A stretch of 32,000 nucleotides of DNA from Xylella taiwanensis (lineage in GTDB: Bacteria; Pseudomonadota; Gammaproteobacteria; Xanthomonadales; Xanthomonadaceae), in assembly GCF_013177435.1 (NCBI RefSeq), contig NZ_CP053627.1:1320001-1352000 (forward strand), in the 5' to 3' direction. Under the pieces are notes generated by a model that worked only from the letters and a program-made list of their open reading frames with translations, did not search any database and was not told the origin of the DNA. Positions within the stretch are counted from its first letter, which is position 1. Each line of letters begins with the position of its first letter. Shown here piece by piece: positions 1-7,222 of this stretch. The position numbers and the translations under genes are program-made.

Positions 1-1
1 G

Positions 2-397
2 TCAGAGCAGGCGCGCGGCATGTCCCTGCTTCGTGAGTAGCGACACCGCTTTCTTGTCGAAGGAGACGAACGTTTCAGCGCCGAGCCAAGTGCCGTCATA
101 TGCAATGACGCCATCGGCAAAATCTCCCCCTGCATCAAGCATCTCAAGGCCAGCCTCAGCGGCTGGGCGATTGACTACGACATTGTTTGTGTTCAACAGC
201 ATACGGAGTGCGGCGGCAATGTCAGCACGTGCCGCACCGTATCGGCTACACAGTACCCATACGAGCTCGCATAACGATTGCAGGCTCACCGCTACCATAT
301 CGGCTGCTTCCAGTAGTTCGACAGCCTGTGTGGTTTGAGCTTCATCATCGTCAACGATGGTTCGAAGCAGTACGTTCGTATCAGCGGTCACTTTCAT
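2..397 (-). CDS. vapC: PIN-domain toxin (VapC-like) of a type II TA pair
   Basis: 131-aa ORF. The N-terminal 'KVTADTNVLLR' supplies the acidic Asp of PIN domains. 'SLCELVWVL' and the C-terminal 'GGDFADGVIAY...FVSFDKKA' are also present. Its start overlaps the stop of the upstream antitoxin ORF by 4 nt (394-397). It is a paralog of 17374-17772, roughly 55-60% identical by eye. Confidence 0.85.
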   Translation of the reverse strand: MKVTADTNVLLRTIVDDDEAQTTQAVELLEAADMVAVSLQSLCELVWVLCSRYGAARADIAAALRMLLNTNNVVVNRPAAEAGLEMLDAGGDFADGVIAYDGTWLGAETFVSFDKKAVSLLTKQGHAARLL

Positions 398-660
398 GCG
401 TCACTAGCTCCGGCTACCGCGCCGGCTTCGGCTATCGCATCGTTGATTTCCTCGATACTCAACCGAGCGCCGTTCGTCTTGTCTTTGAGGAAGCCCCTCA
501 ATTCGTGGAACGAGCCTTTGGGCTGTGCGGCTTTTAACTCGGCTCGGCCATCAGGCAACAAATCTAGCTCGATCCGCTCACCTGGTTTGATACCCAAGTG
601 CTGCAATATTTCTTTACGGAATGTCACTTGGCCACGTGCGGTGACCGTTAGCGTGCTCAT
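394..660 (-). CDS. vapB: AbrB/SpoVT-type antitoxin (VapB/MazE-like)
   Basis: The ORF track gives 394-699. I place the start at ATG 658-660 (MSTLTVTARGQVTFRKEILQHLGIKPGERIEL), which is preceded by GGAGG. The 'GQVTxxKxxxxxLGIKPGxxI' swapped-hairpin motif is typical of AbrB-fold antitoxins. It is a paralog of 17126-17377. Confidence 0.85.
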   Translation of the reverse strand: MSTLTVTARGQVTFRKEILQHLGIKPGERIELDLLPDGRAELKAAQPKGSFHELRGFLKDKTNGARLSIEEINDAIAEAGAVAGASDA

Positions 661-687
661 GGCGTTACCTCCATTAGTTTGCCTTGT

Positions 688-713
688 ATTATAATGCAAA
701 ATTGCATTATAAT
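688..713 (-). promoter_or_regulatory. 12-2-12 palindrome with embedded TATAAT boxes; candidate promoter/operator of the vapBC-like operon
   Basis: ATTATAATGCAA-AA-TTGCATTATAAT is perfectly symmetric apart from the 2-bp centre. It lies 28 bp upstream of the antitoxin start codon. TA antitoxins typically autoregulate at such sites. Confidence 0.5.
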
Positions 714-777
714 TAAGCTACCAAGCTCAAATGGAAGTTGTAAACTGGAATTACAGCCTCCTGAAAATAATTAGCTG

Positions 778-1218
778 CTAAACGCTTATTTTTCCTGGTA
801 AGTTGAATTGACTTTTAATCCGCTGGTCGCTGGTTCGATTCCAGCACGGCCCACCAGCTTTTTTGAGCGCTTCCACCCCACCGTGGTTTGTCATACTGGC
901 CTGCGATGTGTGAGGCAGACTGACCCCTACGCCCACTACTAGCGTTGCTACTGTCGTGGTGAGTCGTTTGTACAGCTTCGCCCATTCTCTACCAAGGTCG
1001 CCTTTGTCTTGTTCTGACCTGATGAGTAGTAGCCAGTGTCCTGCATCTTCTCCTGCGATTTTTGCTAGTTGTCTGATTCGTTCGTCTGGTATCGGTTTTG
1101 TTCCGTTTCGCCATTCATATAGCACTCCGTGTGCAATTTCTAGCCGTTCTGCAAGTGCATGCACATTACTCCTGTCTAGACGCTGAACAGCAAGCTCTAT
1201 TAGTTTTTTTACGTACAT
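778..1218 (-). CDS. Phage repressor-like HTH protein; its C-terminal ~40 codons read through the tRNA fragment
   Basis: The N-terminal ~85 aa (VHALAERLEIAHGVLYEWRNGTKPIPDERIRQLAKIAG) look like a Cro/CI-type HTH. It is divergent from the phage early genes. Codons 'AGGPCWNRTSDQRIKSQ' are encoded by the reverse complement of the tRNA fragment, so the 3' end is probably junction-derived. Confidence 0.6.
   Translation of the reverse strand: MYVKKLIELAVQRLDRSNVHALAERLEIAHGVLYEWRNGTKPIPDERIRQLAKIAGEDAGHWLLLIRSEQDKGDLGREWAKLYKRLTTTVATLVVGVGVSLPHTSQASMTNHGGVEALKKAGGPCWNRTSDQRIKSQFNLPGKISV
808..856 (+). other. 3' fragment of a tRNA-Lys(UUU)-like gene, from anticodon loop to CCA; att-site scar, not an intact tRNA
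   Basis: TTGACTTTTAATC matches an anticodon loop CUUUUAA. It is followed by the T-arm GCTGG-TTCGATT-CCAGC, the acceptor 3' strand ACGGCCC, discriminator A and CCA, then GCTTTTTTG. The complementary 5' acceptor strand GGGCCGT, the D-arm and a pairing anticodon stem are all absent upstream. Confidence 0.7.
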
Positions 1219-1222
1219 ATTT

Positions 1223-1323
1223 TGTCTCCAAATGGTAGATATTTGACTCTAAAAAGAGTAATTTTAAAACTGTCTCAACTTGGAGACAGATTGCCTCCTC
1301 ATTCAACCTACCTGGTGAGGAGG
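1223..1323. promoter_or_regulatory. Divergent regulatory region of the filamentous prophage with repeated TGTCTC(C)AA motifs and two hairpins
   Basis: TGTCTCCAA occurs at 1223-1231. The hairpin CTGTCTC-aacttg-GAGACAG at 1270-1289 contains TTGGAGACA, the inverse of that motif. ACTCT-aaaa-AGAGT lies at 1246-1259 and overlaps a TTGACT -35-like hexamer at 1243-1248. CCTCCTCA-N14-TGAGGAGG spans 1294-1323. Confidence 0.45.
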
Positions 1324-1362
1324 TGTTCCAATCAAAGGGTAGGTCAGGGTAGGAGCTGACGC

Positions 1363-1623
1363 GTGTTGATCTTTAGAGACGGTAAGCCGTGTAAGGGCAT
1401 GTCATACGATCCTAGTGTGATTACGTATCGCATGTTTTTACGTGATCGCATTTCATCTTTGACCCTTGTTTTAGATCGTCTTGATGAGATTGTTTTGAAG
1501 GCTGATTGCGCGTTAGATGATTTGGCGGGATTGGAGGGTGCGCGTTCGGTTCGTTTAGCTGATGAATTTTTAACAACTGTTTTTTCTGCTTATGTAGCTT
1601 GCAGGACATTAATTGAGCATTGA
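1363..1623 (+). CDS. Hypothetical small phage protein (early region)
   Basis: 86-aa ORF with a GTG start 7 nt after AGGAG (1351-1355). It is on the same strand as the phage genes. No recognisable family. Confidence 0.35.
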   Translation: MLIFRDGKPCKGMSYDPSVITYRMFLRDRISSLTLVLDRLDEIVLKADCALDDLAGLEGARSVRLADEFLTTVFSAYVACRTLIEH

Positions 1624-1653
1624 CATGCTCTTGATAATACGAGTGTTTGATAT

Positions 1654-1836
1654 ATGCGCATCACCGATACTGAGCGAGGTGCTCGTGTGGCCTTAGAGAT
1701 TGCAGATATTCATGCATTGCAATTTGATTTATTTGAGGTGATTCCAGATCAGTTGGAGTTTTGGTCCGATATACGTGTTGCGGCATTGGATCAGTTGGAT
1801 GAATGCGCTTTATTGAGGCAAGTATTGTGTTTATAG
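1654..1836 (+). CDS. Hypothetical small phage protein
   Basis: 60-aa ORF with a weak RBS. Its 3' end (AALDQLDECALLRQVLCL) is repeated in degenerate form at 2006-2063. Confidence 0.3.
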   Translation: MRITDTERGARVALEIADIHALQFDLFEVIPDQLEFWSDIRVAALDQLDECALLRQVLCL

Positions 1837-2063
1837 CTACTTTTCAAGCGAGTGTTGTTTATGGATGACTTCACGTTCAGATTAATTACTTTTTTTCTCA
1901 TTCATTTTATTCTCTTTCTTGATCATTTTGGGTGGCTTGTTATTTTGATTTCTTTTGTTTTTCTATATAGGGCGCTTACTCGTACAGATTTTTAATGATA
2001 CATACTGCGGCATTAGATCAGTTGTATAAGTGTGCTTTATTGCGGGAGGCTATGTGTCTGTCT
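1779..2063 (+). repeat. Imperfect ~58-bp direct repeat (1779-1836 and 2006-2063)
   Basis: The copies are TGCGGCATTGGATCAGTTGGATGAATGCGCTTTATTG... and TGCGGCATTAGATCAGTTGTATAAGTGTGCTTTATTG.... By hand alignment, 32 of the first 37 positions and about 43 of 58 overall are identical. Confidence 0.6.
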
Positions 2064-2266
2064 CAGAATATTCTTTCCACTGTGTAACTTATTTGTTTTT
2101 TCTTTTTTGTTTTGTCTACCATCTTTTTTCTTTACGTTTAGCAAAGTTTCGTTTGCGTGTGGTCTGGGTTGATTGCATTCTTTTAGTTGTTGGTTTTGTT
2201 TTGCTCGCGTTCCATTTTTATTGTTTGGTGTCTCTAGTAATTTAAACTTTCTTGGGTGGTTAGTTT

Positions 2267-3415
2267 ATGGCTCGTAAAGCCTGTGTTGATGGTGCCGATT
2301 TTATGTCTCGTGAGCGTCGTGCGCTTGAGGAGGCTGCTCATTTGTATGAGACCCGCCGTGAGCGTCACGATCCGTCCTATGTGTTCCGTGCTGCGTCCGG
2401 TGAAAAGGGGGGCGGCCCACACAGTAACACGGGCCAAAAGGGTTACCCTGTTTGTGTTGATTATTTGACGGTTGTGATGAGCCGTGATCGTTTGCAGGAG
2501 GCTGGTTATTTAAATGAGCCTAAGTTTTTGTTGTACCTTTTGTTCGGTTTAAATCCTGATGAGGTTTCTATTGGTAAACATACTTCGGTACGCTGGCATT
2601 TTTATGCTTCTAGCGCCTCTATTTTAGATTCCAATAGCGATCTGGTCGGTAAAGTGGGGTGGGACGGTAATAATGATTCGTTCTGTATTAGTTTGACGGG
2701 TGCGGCATGCCGTTATATTCATGATTGGTCTAAAGCGTGTCGTGTTTTAACGTCGCTGGATGCGCGTATTACACGTTGTGATGTGGCTTATGATGATTAT
2801 GACGGCATATTGGGGACTGTGCGCGATCATGAGGCGCGTGCTCGTGAGCACTTAGCGCCCGCCGGCGGTTGCCTATTGTTTGCTTCCGGCGGCACTCCTC
2901 CACGCACCCGGTTTTTAGATGATCATGGGGGCGGCTCTGGCTGTACGTTGTATGTGGGGCAAAAGGGGCACAAACAACTGTGTATCTACGATAAGGGCAA
3001 GCAATTAGGTGTGGCTGAGTCTGCCTGGGTGCGTTACGAGGTGCGTTTGTATGCCAAGCACGCGGTGATTCCTTTTGAGGTGTTGTTAGATCCGATGCGT
3101 TATTTGCGTGGGTCTTATGATTATTTGCACCAGTTATTTTTAAAGGTGGTGCCGGGGGTGGGGGAGCGTATTCCTGCGGTTGTGAAGTATGTCGAGGTTA
3201 CCGGTGAGGCGTTGGTGCGTTGGCTGCGTCGGCAGGTCGGCCCGGCCATTCATGTGTTGCGTGAAGCATTGGGTGATCTTTTCCCACGTTTTATAGGTGA
3301 GCATGTGTCGCGTGAGGGGCTGCCGTCGCGGTTTCGTGGGGTGTGTAAGAAGGCGCATTTACCTGCGTATTTGCGTGAGACGTTGTCGGCTCGTGTGGCC
3401 AGTGTGGCGGTGTGA
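2267..3415 (+). CDS. Rolling-circle replication initiation protein (gII/RstA-like, Rep_trans-type)
   Basis: 382 aa. 'RCDVAYDDYDG' and 'TLYVGQKGHKQLCIYDKGKQLG...WVRYEVRLYAKH' match the pattern of replication initiation factor proteins of Xanthomonas and Vibrio filamentous phages. It is the first large gene of the module. Confidence 0.8.
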   Translation: MARKACVDGADFMSRERRALEEAAHLYETRRERHDPSYVFRAASGEKGGGPHSNTGQKGYPVCVDYLTVVMSRDRLQEAGYLNEPKFLLYLLFGLNPDEVSIGKHTSVRWHFYASSASILDSNSDLVGKVGWDGNNDSFCISLTGAACRYIHDWSKACRVLTSLDARITRCDVAYDDYDGILGTVRDHEARAREHLAPAGGCLLFASGGTPPRTRFLDDHGGGSGCTLYVGQKGHKQLCIYDKGKQLGVAESAWVRYEVRLYAKHAVIPFEVLLDPMRYLRGSYDYLHQLFLKVVPGVGERIPAVVKYVEVTGEALVRWLRRQVGPAIHVLREALGDLFPRFIGEHVSREGLPSRFRGVCKKAHLPAYLRETLSARVASVAV

Positions 3416-3460
3416 GTGTGCGTGGTGTTTTTGTTATCTAACTTAATTGAGGTGATATGT

Positions 3461-3754
3461 ATGTCTGTTGTTAGGGTAAAGGATAGTCATGTTCTCGAGC
3501 GTCAGATTACAGGCAAGACGGGGCCAATGACATTTCGTGAGCAGCGTGCTTGTCTTTTAATGGGGGGGGGGTATGAATCTGTATTTAATATAGCCCTTGG
3601 TTCTGGGGGCGCGTATTCCCCGGGTGATTATTTGATTCATCCGGATTCTTACGCGAATGATAAATATGGAAAGTTGGCATTTAACCGTATTTCTCTCATT
3701 CCGTTGTCTGTCGCGTTGAAAGACATTGTTGGTAAGGATGCTAAGGCGTCGTAA
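3461..3754 (+). CDS. Probable ssDNA-binding protein (gV-like)
   Basis: The ORF track gives 3416-3754. ATG 3461 is preceded by GAGGTGA. The product is 97 aa and sits directly after Rep, as in Ff, Pf and Cf phages. The assignment rests mainly on position and size. Confidence 0.5.
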   Translation: MSVVRVKDSHVLERQITGKTGPMTFREQRACLLMGGGYESVFNIALGSGGAYSPGDYLIHPDSYANDKYGKLAFNRISLIPLSVALKDIVGKDAKAS

Positions 3755-3963
3755 TGATGACCGTGGCCGTGTTGCTGGTGCCTGCGTGCCGTGGGGCAGA
3801 CGTAGATATAGCAACGGGGACATGTGCGGCGGTGATGTGGGTGCCGCAGTCGTCGATATTACCTGAGTTGACGATTGAGGGTGCACAGTTCATCGGCGCT
3901 GGTATTTTAGGCTTATGGGCTGTGGCGTATGTATTCAGGTTATTGCGTAAATTAATCAAGTGA
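3754..3963 (+). CDS. Small membrane/coat-like protein of the filamentous phage
   Basis: 69 aa with a hydrophobic C-terminal segment and a basic tail (GAGILGLWAVAYVFRLLRKLIK). A TAATG overlap links it to the upstream gene. Confidence 0.5.
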   Translation: MMTVAVLLVPACRGADVDIATGTCAAVMWVPQSSILPELTIEGAQFIGAGILGLWAVAYVFRLLRKLIK

Positions 3964-3971
3964 GGTGGAAG

Positions 3972-4190
3972 ATGTTGAAACGATGTTTAACGGTGTTGAG
4001 GCGTCCTGGTGTTGTGGGTGGTCTGCTTGCTTATGGGTTTGTGGCACCCGCATTTGCCGCAGGTATTGATGTGTCTGAAGTGCTGGAATCAATCAAAGCC
4101 GGATTGGTGCCGATTGCCGCGATTGGTGCTGCCGTGTTGAGCATTCATGTAGCGATCAAGATTTATAAATGGATCAGGCAATCTTTATAA
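3972..4190 (+). CDS. Major coat protein (pVIII-like)
   Basis: ATG 3972 follows GAGGTGG. The signal peptide ends ...APAFA|AG. The ~44-aa mature part has an acidic N-terminus (IDVSEVLE), a hydrophobic core (LVPIAAIGAAVLSIHVAI) and a basic C-terminus (KIYKWIRQ). This is the classic inovirus coat layout. Confidence 0.75.
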   Translation: MLKRCLTVLRRPGVVGGLLAYGFVAPAFAAGIDVSEVLESIKAGLVPIAAIGAAVLSIHVAIKIYKWIRQSL

Positions 4191-4219
4191 GAGAGTCAGT
4201 TCATCTCTTTCATGTGGAC

Positions 4220-4243
4220 GGGGTGTCTTTGTACAGGCACCCC
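4220..4243 (+). terminator. Candidate stem-loop after the major coat gene
   Basis: GGGGTG (4220-4225) pairs with CACCCC (4238-4243), followed by GATTTAA. The position mirrors the terminator after gene VIII of Ff phages, but the U-tract is weak. Confidence 0.3.
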
Positions 4244-4259
4244 GATTTAAGGAGGCATG

Positions 4260-4328
4260 ATGGAAGGGTGGATCTATTTAGGTGCGTTATGTGTGGCGGG
4301 CCTCATTCTTTTTTGGGGCGATGATTAA
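4260..4328 (+). CDS. 22-aa hydrophobic micro-ORF (candidate pVII/pIX-like minor coat protein)
   Basis: It is too short to appear in the ORF track. AAGGAGG (4249-4255) precedes tandem ATGs at 4257 and 4260. The peptide is M(M)EGWIYLGALCVAGLILFWGDD. Its TAA overlaps the ATG of the pIII-like gene (TAATG at 4326-4330). Confidence 0.45.
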   Translation: MEGWIYLGALCVAGLILFWGDD

Positions 4329-5725
4329 TGCGTGTCGTTCTGATGTTGATTTTATTCGTATTCCCGTTATATGCCTGGGGTAAGTCTTGTGGTCCGGATG
4401 GTAAGCAAGGGACCTATGATCATCAGGGAGACGCTTATCGAGAGGCTGTTAGAGCGGCGAGATTTCAAGAATGTATGTCTGCTGGTCGCAACAAGGCTGA
4501 GATCAGGAGTTCATACGGACATTATACTGTTGTCATGCTTAACCCTTGGGTTATTGTGGGAGGGTATTCTTATTATAATACTTGTGCGTCACGCCCATCA
4601 CGGCAAACGCGGCGTCATCCATTTACCGGCTCTCTGGGCTGTAATATGGGATGTCTGGTGAGTTTTATCCGTAATGGCGATGATGAAACCTCAACCGAGA
4701 GTACGACCGGCGAGGTATGTGATACCGATCGGTTAGAGGACGTGTGTAAATCCAAGTCAGGTCCTCAAGGGAATTATGTTTATTTTCCTGCGATGCATGT
4801 CTGTCACCCCGTGCAACCGCCGTGCCCTGAAGGACAGCGGGCCGAACATGGTGTGTGTGAACGTATTGACGCCTGTCCACATGGCACGATCACGGATCAG
4901 CACACGCAAGCATGTGTGCCTGAGCAGGAAGCGTGCCCTGTCGGGCAAGTGCGCGCGCCTGATGGTAGTTGCGTAGGAGATCAAGACAAGGATCAATGCC
5001 CGCCTGGACAAGCGCGCGGTGCCGATGGTCAGTGTAAGGCCGATCAGGATCATGATGGCATCCCCGACGATGAGCAAGATTCGGATGCTAAGGATAAAGA
5101 CAAGGACAAGGAAAAAGATAAGCCGTCATCATTTTCTGGGGGTGAGCGGTGCGATGTGCCGCCGCGATGCTCAGGCGATCCGGTGATGTGCGGTCAGGCG
5201 CGTATTCAATGGCGCATTGAATGTAATTTGCGCCGTGATGTGAAAATCACCGGTGGGGCATGTGATACGCCCCCCGTATGTACAGGGGAAAAATGTAATG
5301 CGATGGAATATGCCTCGTTGTTATTACAGTGGCGGACGGCGTGCGCGCTCGAAAAAAGCCGTGGCGGTGTTGTTCTAGGTGAGGGTGACGATTCGTCTGC
5401 TGCGAATGTGGCCGCGATTAAAGAGGCGCTGACTGGGTCCGATGGGGCTGTGGAGGGGGCAGAAGAAGGTGATGCCTCGGGGGTGTTTTCCGATGAGTCC
5501 GGCTATGGCCGTGAGGGGTATCCGAACATCAAGTTGGATGATAAAGGGCGCGGGTATTCGCGAGCGTGTCCCCGGTCTATCACGGTGAATGTGTTAGGGC
5601 ACCCGATTGTTTTTGATGCTACTCCGCTGTGTCAGTGGATGCAGTTAGGCGGCAAGTTGGTGCTGTTATTTGCTGGGCTTGCCTGTTTACGGATTGTAGG
5701 CGGTCGTTCGGATGGGGCGGGGTGA
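4328..5725 (+). CDS. Minor coat / host-adsorption protein (pIII-like)
   Basis: 465 aa. The signal peptide is MRVVLMLILFVFPLYAWG. It has four CPxGQ...C modules, an acidic/KD-rich linker (DEQDSDAKDKDKDKEKDKP), two 'CDxPPxC(S/T)G...QWRxxC' modules and a C-terminal membrane anchor (LGGKLVLLFAGLACLRIV). Its position after the coat gene matches gIII. Confidence 0.7.
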   Translation: MRVVLMLILFVFPLYAWGKSCGPDGKQGTYDHQGDAYREAVRAARFQECMSAGRNKAEIRSSYGHYTVVMLNPWVIVGGYSYYNTCASRPSRQTRRHPFTGSLGCNMGCLVSFIRNGDDETSTESTTGEVCDTDRLEDVCKSKSGPQGNYVYFPAMHVCHPVQPPCPEGQRAEHGVCERIDACPHGTITDQHTQACVPEQEACPVGQVRAPDGSCVGDQDKDQCPPGQARGADGQCKADQDHDGIPDDEQDSDAKDKDKDKEKDKPSSFSGGERCDVPPRCSGDPVMCGQARIQWRIECNLRRDVKITGGACDTPPVCTGEKCNAMEYASLLLQWRTACALEKSRGGVVLGEGDDSSAANVAAIKEALTGSDGAVEGAEEGDASGVFSDESGYGREGYPNIKLDDKGRGYSRACPRSITVNVLGHPIVFDATPLCQWMQLGGKLVLLFAGLACLRIVGGRSDGAG

Positions 5726-5728
5726 GTC

Positions 5729-6070
5729 ATGCCAATGTTTGTCGCTCGGTTGCTGACGGGCCTATTAGGATTATTAAAAACGAAATTGGGGTATCTGGTC
5801 ATGGTGGCGTTTGCATGGCTCGGCATTAATTGGGGGTCGTATCACTTTGTGATGACGCCTGTGATTAACCAGTTATATATCTATATGGATGGTGTGGGGT
5901 CTTCCGGGGGCGATTGGGGAGCCTCGGCGATTGATTGGCTTGGCGTGCTTAATTTTGATCGGGCGGTATCCATGATTATTTCTGCGTATGTGGCCCGGTT
6001 TGCGGTGTTGAGTGGCCGGTTATATCTATTTAAGCGTGGTTTTGGTGGTAAACCTTCAGGAGTAGCGTAA
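5729..6070 (+). CDS. pVI-like small membrane protein (DUF2523-like) preceding Zot
   Basis: 113 aa with several hydrophobic segments. It lies immediately upstream of the assembly ATPase and is overlap-coupled to it (TAATG). Confidence 0.55.
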   Translation: MPMFVARLLTGLLGLLKTKLGYLVMVAFAWLGINWGSYHFVMTPVINQLYIYMDGVGSSGGDWGASAIDWLGVLNFDRAVSMIISAYVARFAVLSGRLYLFKRGFGGKPSGVA

Positions 6071-7218
6071 TGCCAATTCATCTGTTGACGGGCAGTCCTG
6101 GTCATGGAAAAACCGCGTTAATGGTGGAGCTTTTATTGGCCGAGTCCAAGCGTGCCGAACGTCCGATTTTTGCAGCCGGTATTGATGGCTTACAACCAGG
6201 ATTGGCCAGTGTGTTAGGGGACCCGCGGCAGTGGAATGCCAAGGATAGCCAGGGGGACTATCTTGTTGCTGCTGGGGCCATTATTTTTATTGATGAGGCG
6301 TGGAAATGGTTTGGTCATTTACACGATGCCTCCCGGCAGCCGACCCCGCCTCATGTGCTTGATCTTGCCGAGCATCGCCACCGTGGTTTGGATTTTGTCT
6401 GGACCACGCAGCAAACCGGGCAGCTATACCCTTTTGTCCGTGGTTTGATTGGCCAGCATACCCATGTTAAACGCCGCTTTGGCACTGGCTGGATTGATGT
6501 ATGGACCTGGGGGGAACTGATTGACAATGTCAAATCCTCTTCCAGTCGTGAGCGTGCTCAGTATGTATTGCGTCGGCTTCCTTCACAGGCGTATGGGTTT
6601 TATCGATCAGCCCAAGTGCACACCATCAAGGCGCGGTTACCTTTCAAGGTGTTTTTGCTTCCTGGGGTTGTTGTTGTTGCCATCGTGTGTATCGTTGTGT
6701 CCTATCGCGCGTTACGTCCCGCGTCGTTTTCTACGGTGGTCACGGGGGCGCAGGAGCGGCCAACAGCTGAGCTTGCGAAGCCTGGCGCGACGGCGTCCCC
6801 GCGGTTTGTAGAAGGTGAACGGGGGGAGGGTCCGCGGTGGCAGACGGTCACAGCCTATGCCAAAGATCATTTGCCGCGTTTTGCGTCGATGCCGTGGACG
6901 GCTCCGATTTATGATCATCGTTCCCCGACGACGGATCCTCAATTGATCTGTATGTCTGGCGGTGAAGGACTGGATGCCCAGGGGGTGTTTAAGGGGCTGT
7001 CGTGTACGTGTTACACCGAGCAGGGCACCTTGTACGAGATTGCCGATGGAGAGTGCCGCCGTATTGCGCGGCGGGGGCCGGTGTATAACCCGTATCGTGA
7101 ACCCAGTCAGGAGCAGGGGGTGGTGCAGCAGGCTCACAGGCCGGTATTGCCGATGCAGCGCGCTGGTGGGGAGCATGTCATCCTAGCAACAGGGCACGGT
7201 CAGGGGGTGTTGCCTTGA
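6070..7218 (+). CDS. Zot/pI-like filamentous-phage assembly ATPase
   Basis: 382 aa. The N-terminal Walker A is 'LLTGSPGHGKT' and Walker B is 'IIFIDEAW'. A central TM segment (VFLLPGVVVVAIVCIVVSY) is followed by a C-terminal periplasmic part. This is the typical Zot-domain architecture. Confidence 0.85.
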   Translation: MPIHLLTGSPGHGKTALMVELLLAESKRAERPIFAAGIDGLQPGLASVLGDPRQWNAKDSQGDYLVAAGAIIFIDEAWKWFGHLHDASRQPTPPHVLDLAEHRHRGLDFVWTTQQTGQLYPFVRGLIGQHTHVKRRFGTGWIDVWTWGELIDNVKSSSSRERAQYVLRRLPSQAYGFYRSAQVHTIKARLPFKVFLLPGVVVVAIVCIVVSYRALRPASFSTVVTGAQERPTAELAKPGATASPRFVEGERGEGPRWQTVTAYAKDHLPRFASMPWTAPIYDHRSPTTDPQLICMSGGEGLDAQGVFKGLSCTCYTEQGTLYEIADGECRRIARRGPVYNPYREPSQEQGVVQQAHRPVLPMQRAGGEHVILATGHGQGVLP

Positions 7219-7222
7219 CTGC

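Noticed and set aside
760-856. An intact tRNA gene ending at CCA (856)
   Set aside because: Only the anticodon loop, T-arm and 3' acceptor strand are present. The 5' acceptor strand GGGCCGT and the D-arm are absent upstream, and the putative anticodon stem does not pair. I therefore report it as a fragment or att scar.
5070-5125. A short tandem repeat or CRISPR-like periodicity (GATAAAGACAAGGACAAGGAAAAAGATAAG)
   Set aside because: It is in-frame low-complexity coding sequence for the Asp/Lys linker of the pIII-like protein. There is no repeat-spacer structure, and no CRISPR array exists anywhere in the window.
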